NCBI GenBank assembly: GCA_019751945.1 | Contig: JAIEMT010000001.1 | Span: 6,635 to 70,634 of the forward strand | Origin: a bacterium | GTDB lineage: Bacteria; Bdellovibrionota; UBA1018 | Length of the DNA stretch: 64,000 bases | Reading direction: 5' to 3' | Shown here: piece by piece, positions 59,854 to 64,000 of the stretch | How the letters are laid out: each line of letters begins with the position of its first letter | Position numbering within the stretch: position 1 is the stretch's first letter | Position numbers and translations under genes: made by a program | Notes under the pieces: model-generated | Seen by the model: the letters and a program-made list of their open reading frames with translations, nothing else | Database searches by the model: none | Told to the model about the DNA's origin: nothing

Positions 59854-60130
59854 TATAAAATAAAAAACTCTGTTTGCGGTTTGCTGTCTGCGGAAGCGGG
59901 CAGCGGTCTGCTGTTTCGGTTTCTGTCTGCGGACAGTCGACTGCTTCAGTTGCCTACGCAAACCGTTTGAACCGGTGCTTTTTGGCTCTGCCCAAAGAGT
60001 ATTCGAGGGAGTGCCAAACTGTCGTTTTCATCGGCACGGACAACGCATTTTGTGCTCAGTGGCGTTGGCATTAGTCCTGCACAAGGGATCCCCGACCGCA
60101 AGATGCGGCTCATATCTACTCCTCTCTCTC

Positions 60131-60161
60131 GGCCTCCAAGGGAAACCTTGGGGGCCTTTTT
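60131..60161 (+). terminator. Rho-independent terminator
   Basis: GGCCTCCAAGG-GAAA-CCTTGGGGGCC followed by TTTTT. Confidence 0.85.
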
Positions 60162-60241
60162 ATTTCAGCAGAAAGGGCAGCTCTCGCTTCACAGTGGCTG
60201 CGTCTTGCTTCTCCGACCTTAAATGTCTATAACTACGGGCC

Positions 60242-61279
60242 ATGGCTATCTTTAGAGAGCTCACGGTCCTAGAAGGCCCGCACACCCACGCTGATCATGC
60301 GCAGGGGCCGGCCCTAGGTCCTGCGATTGCGCGTCCGATTCCGCCCTCCCAGGCGGCTAAAATCCTCGCTGAAAAGAAACCTGCTTGGCTCAGGATTCGT
60401 CCGCCGGGTGGCGAGGCCTACACGAAAATTAAGGGACTCCTTCGAGAAAGAAACCTTCACACTGTTTGTGAAGAAGCGCACTGCCCGAACGTCGCTGAAT
60501 GCTGGGCGAGTGGCACAGCGACCTTCATGCTGGGTGGCGATACGTGCACGCGCGCCTGCCGTTTCTGCGCGGTGAAGACGGCGCGAATTCCGCCTCCGCT
60601 GGATCCGGAAGAACCCGCGAAAGTGGCCGAGAGTGTCGCTGCGCTGGGATTGCATTACGTCGTTCTCACTTCTGTGGATCGAGATGATTTAGAAGACGGT
60701 GGAGCCGGCCATTTTGCAAAAACGATTTCGGAATTAAAGCGGCATGACCCGGAAATTTTAGTCGAAGCTTTGGTCTCTGATTTCCGTGGCGATCCCGCTG
60801 CGGTTCACACCGTGGTGGAATCCGGCGTCGATGTTTATGCTCACAATATTGAGACCGTGAAGCGCCTTCAGTACCGCGTGCGCGATCCGCGTGCCGGCTA
60901 CGTCCAATCGCTCGCCGTGTTGCGAGCAGCTCGCGATCACGCGAAGGCCACTGGGCGGCGCATGTACACCAAGTCGTCCATCATGTTGGGCTTAGGTGAA
61001 ACGGATTCTGAAATTGACGCGACCTTAGATGATTTGCGGGACTACGGAGTCGACGTCGTGACCTTCGGACAGTATTTGCGCCCTTCGCTGCAGCACCTTC
61101 CGGTTGAGAAATACGTGACACCTGAGGAGTTTGCGCGCTATCAAGGATGGGCTGAGCAAAAAGGTTTTATCTACGCCGCTGCGGGACCGATGGTTCGTTC
61201 CAGTTACCGCGCCGGTGAATTGTTCTTACAGGGCTTGTTAAAAAACGGAGAGAAGACAGATGCACTTAAAACTTCCTGA
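60242..61279 (+). CDS. lipA: Lipoyl synthase
   Basis: [24 protein letters not shown]. Confidence 0.97.
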   Translation: MAIFRELTVLEGPHTHADHAQGPALGPAIARPIPPSQAAKILAEKKPAWLRIRPPGGEAYTKIKGLLRERNLHTVCEEAHCPNVAECWASGTATFMLGGDTCTRACRFCAVKTARIPPPLDPEEPAKVAESVAALGLHYVVLTSVDRDDLEDGGAGHFAKTISELKRHDPEILVEALVSDFRGDPAAVHTVVESGVDVYAHNIETVKRLQYRVRDPRAGYVQSLAVLRAARDHAKATGRRMYTKSSIMLGLGETDSEIDATLDDLRDYGVDVVTFGQYLRPSLQHLPVEKYVTPEEFARYQGWAEQKGFIYAAAGPMVRSSYRAGELFLQGLLKNGEKTDALKTS

Positions 61280-62549
61280 ACTCGGTGAAGGCGTCCACGA
61301 AGGCGAACTCGTTAAATGGAGAGTGAAGCCGGGGGATACTGTGAAGGACGATCAAGTCGTTTGCGAAATCATGACCGACAAAGCGACGGTGGAATTGCCA
61401 GCTCCGTTTCACGGTAAGGTGACCGCGCTTCTCGCAAAAGAAGGCGAGATGATTAAAGTCGGCCAAGAAATTCTCTCTTATGAAGGGGGTGCTGTGGCTG
61501 CGGCTTCTGCGTCGCCATCGCTCAGCGCTTCTTCAAATGGTGCTTCAAAGCCGGCTCCAGCTCCAGCCATGTCGGCGGCTCCTGCTTCGAAACCTGCTTC
61601 GGCTCCCGCAGTGAGCGCTGCAGCCGTGGGTGGCCCCGTAGCTGCCGCGCCGTCGACTCGCAAATTTGCTCGCGAATCGGGAGTAGAGCTTGGTCGTGTC
61701 GCTGGCACTGGTCCTGCCGGCCGCGTGATGCGTGAAGATGTTGAAAAGTTTATCGGCGCAGGTGCCGTGGCTGCTGGCCCGGCGATGGTTCCGTCGCGTG
61801 GTACTCCGATGCGCGCACCGAGTGTCGGTGGTCATACGGAAGAGCGCGTTCCGTTCCGTGGATTGCGTAAAAAGATTTCCGAAAAAATGCGCCAGTCGAA
61901 AGACCATGCGGCTCATTTCACTTACGTGGAAGAGGCCGATGTCACCGAATTGGTGAAGCTGCGTTTGGCTGCTAAGGAAATCGGTCAAGCTCAAGGCGTG
62001 AAGGTGACTTTCGTTCCGTTCGTCATGAAGGCCATGGTCGCGGCATTGAAGAAGTACCCGATTTTGAATTCGTCGCTCGATGAAGAGAAGGGCGAGCTTG
62101 TTTACAAACACTATTACAACATCGGTCTGTCCGTTCAGACGGAAGATGGTCTCACCGCTCCCGTCATTAAGGATGTCGACCATAAGAGTATTTTAGAAGT
62201 CGCGCGCGACGTTCAAGAATTGGCTGAAAAGGCTCGCAACAAGCGCCTCCAGATGGATGATTTAAAGGATGGTACCATTACCCTCACGAATGCGGGAACG
62301 ATCGGTGGTTTGTTTGCAACTCCCATCATTAACTATCCGGAAGTGGCGATCTTGGGATTGAATAAGATTTTCAAGAAGCCCGTCGTAAAGACGATTAACG
62401 GCAAAGACGAAATCGTGATTCGCGATTGGACATACTTCTCGATTTCGCTCGATCACCGCGTGGTGGACGGCGCAGTGGGCGCAGAATTCATGAAGCTCTT
62501 CATTCAATACATTGAAAACCCAGCGTTGCTGGTTTTGGAGAGTCTGTAA
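61260..62549 (+). CDS. Dihydrolipoamide acyltransferase E2 of a 2-oxoacid dehydrogenase
   Basis: Lipoyl domain TDKA, E3-binding domain GTGPAGRV, catalytic DHRVVDG. Confidence 0.95.
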   Translation: MHLKLPELGEGVHEGELVKWRVKPGDTVKDDQVVCEIMTDKATVELPAPFHGKVTALLAKEGEMIKVGQEILSYEGGAVAAASASPSLSASSNGASKPAPAPAMSAAPASKPASAPAVSAAAVGGPVAAAPSTRKFARESGVELGRVAGTGPAGRVMREDVEKFIGAGAVAAGPAMVPSRGTPMRAPSVGGHTEERVPFRGLRKKISEKMRQSKDHAAHFTYVEEADVTELVKLRLAAKEIGQAQGVKVTFVPFVMKAMVAALKKYPILNSSLDEEKGELVYKHYYNIGLSVQTEDGLTAPVIKDVDHKSILEVARDVQELAEKARNKRLQMDDLKDGTITLTNAGTIGGLFATPIINYPEVAILGLNKIFKKPVVKTINGKDEIVIRDWTYFSISLDHRVVDGAVGAEFMKLFIQYIENPALLVLESL

Positions 62550-62550
62550 A

Positions 62551-63990
62551 ATGGCAACGACCAAACAAACGGCCGATGTCGTTGTATTAGGTTCGGGTCC
62601 TGCGGGCTATGTCTGCGCGATTCGCCTGGCTCAGTTAGGAAAGAAAGTCACCGTCATTGACCGCGATGAAGTGGGTGGCGTCTGCTTGAACCGGGGCTGC
62701 ATTCCTTCGAAGGCGTTGATCTACGCGGGAACTCAGTACGAAAAAGCCAAGCACGGCGAAGAGATGGGAATCACCGTCTCGGGCGCGAAGTTGGACATGA
62801 AGAAGCTCATGACCTGGAAAACTTCTGTCGTAAAAAAGCTCACTGGCGGCGTGGCAGGTTTGCTGAAAGCCAATGGTTGCACCTTTATTTCTGGAAACGC
62901 AAAGTTCACCGGCCCCACTTCCATGGAAGTGAAAACTGCGACCGACACGATTGCGCTGACGTACAGTCAGTGCGTGGTGGCAGCAGGCTCACGCCCAACC
63001 GCTTTGCCGGGTTACGAAGTGGATCAGAAGCGCATCTTGGATAGTACGGGTGCGCTCGATCAAACGGAGATTCCAAAAACCTTGCTCTGCATCGGTGGTG
63101 GGTACATCGGCCTGGAGTTGGGAACTTTCTACGCGAAGGTTGGGACTCAAGTGACGGTGGTCGAAGCAGGCCCAGGCTTGCTCGGCGGAGTCGATCCCGA
63201 TCTCACCAAAGTCGTTGCTAAGAATTTACAAAAGCGCGGCGTGACGGTGATGACCGGCACGAAAGTCATTTCCAAAAAAGACAATGCCAGCGGCATCGAA
63301 GTGACGTTTGAAAAAGACGGCACTAAGACCACTCAGATTTTTGAAAAAATTCTGATCACGATCGGCCGGACTTCGAATTCGGATCAATTGGATCTTGCGA
63401 AGACGGGCGTGAAGATGGATTCCAAGGGTTTCATCTTAGTCGATGCTCAACGTCGGACGAATGTTTCAAACATTTATGCGATCGGCGATATCGCGGGTCA
63501 GCCGCTCCTCGCTCATAAGGGTTCCAAAGAAGGTTTGGTGGCAGCTGAAGCCATTGCAGGTAAGAAAGTGGCTTACGATGTCCTCGCTATGCCGGCGGTG
63601 ATTTTCACGGATCCTGAAATTGCAGTCGTGGGTCTGACCGAAGCCGAAGCTCGTGCGAAGGGCATTGAACCCAAGGTGGGGCAGTTCCCCTTTGCGGCCA
63701 ATGGTCGTGCGCTTTCGGTCGCTGAACCCGATGGCTTTGTGAAAATGATTGGCGATGCCAAGACGGGGCGTTTGCTCGGCGTGCACATCGTGGGCGCGGA
63801 AGCTTCGAACCTGATTTCTGAAGCGGCACTCGCTATTGAAATGGGCGCCCAGGTCGAAGATTTGTCTCTGACCGTGCACCCGCATCCGACTCTGCCTGAG
63901 ACCTTGATGGAAGCGGCCGAAGCAACGCTGGGCCACGCCATTCACATCTTCCAAAAGAAGTCGCCGTCTCAGCCCAGCGCTCGAATTTAG
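62551..63990 (+). CDS. lpdA: Dihydrolipoyl dehydrogenase
   Basis: GSGPAGY, GGVCLNRGCIPSK, HPHPTLPE. Confidence 0.97.
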   Translation: MATTKQTADVVVLGSGPAGYVCAIRLAQLGKKVTVIDRDEVGGVCLNRGCIPSKALIYAGTQYEKAKHGEEMGITVSGAKLDMKKLMTWKTSVVKKLTGGVAGLLKANGCTFISGNAKFTGPTSMEVKTATDTIALTYSQCVVAAGSRPTALPGYEVDQKRILDSTGALDQTEIPKTLLCIGGGYIGLELGTFYAKVGTQVTVVEAGPGLLGGVDPDLTKVVAKNLQKRGVTVMTGTKVISKKDNASGIEVTFEKDGTKTTQIFEKILITIGRTSNSDQLDLAKTGVKMDSKGFILVDAQRRTNVSNIYAIGDIAGQPLLAHKGSKEGLVAAEAIAGKKVAYDVLAMPAVIFTDPEIAVVGLTEAEARAKGIEPKVGQFPFAANGRALSVAEPDGFVKMIGDAKTGRLLGVHIVGAEASNLISEAALAIEMGAQVEDLSLTVHPHPTLPETLMEAAEATLGHAIHIFQKKSPSQPSARI

Positions 63991-64000
63991 GAGAGCCATG

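Noticed and set aside
1-64000. CRISPR array, tRNA/rRNA, integrase, transposase or prophage
   Set aside because: No regularly spaced repeats, cloverleafs or mobile-element protein motifs were recognised by eye

Overview
Chromosomal window (about 50% GC) whose gene content points to a Bdellovibrionota (Bdellovibrionales/Oligoflexia-like) bacterium: a TIGR02147 regulator, a TPR-wHTH regulator, an orphan Tad-like protein and many small Cys-rich secreted proteins (taxonomy is inference). Housekeeping genes: maeB, ridA, rpmB, rdgB, rlmN, mreC-mreD-mrdA-rodA, a SurA/PpiD-like chaperone, uvrA, ahcY, panB-coaX-panC and lipA-E2-lpdA. Accessory blocks: (i) an array of four paralogous secreted proteins with a new two-Cys helical domain, beside an AAA_14/DUF4143 ATPase with a perfect 12-bp inverted repeat upstream; (ii) two tandem stand-alone I9-propeptide-like proteins coupled to a TIGR02147 HTH gene, with a 16-bp palindrome upstream; (iii) a lipid-type cluster whose FabH-like enzyme has Cys-Thr-Tyr instead of Cys-His-Asn; (iv) a candidate trans-envelope cAMP system (FnIII/double-barrel outer-membrane protein, FecR-6xFnIII protein, Cache-HAMP adenylate cyclase) flanking a MoxR-DUF58-transglutaminase operon; (v) a papain-like secreted protein under a leaderless sigma28-type promoter; (vi) an H1-like protein with a His/Asp tail; and (vii) two unexplained structured non-coding regions (49.72-49.93 kb and 59.86-60.16 kb). 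No rRNA, tRNA, CRISPR array, integrase or transposase was recognised.
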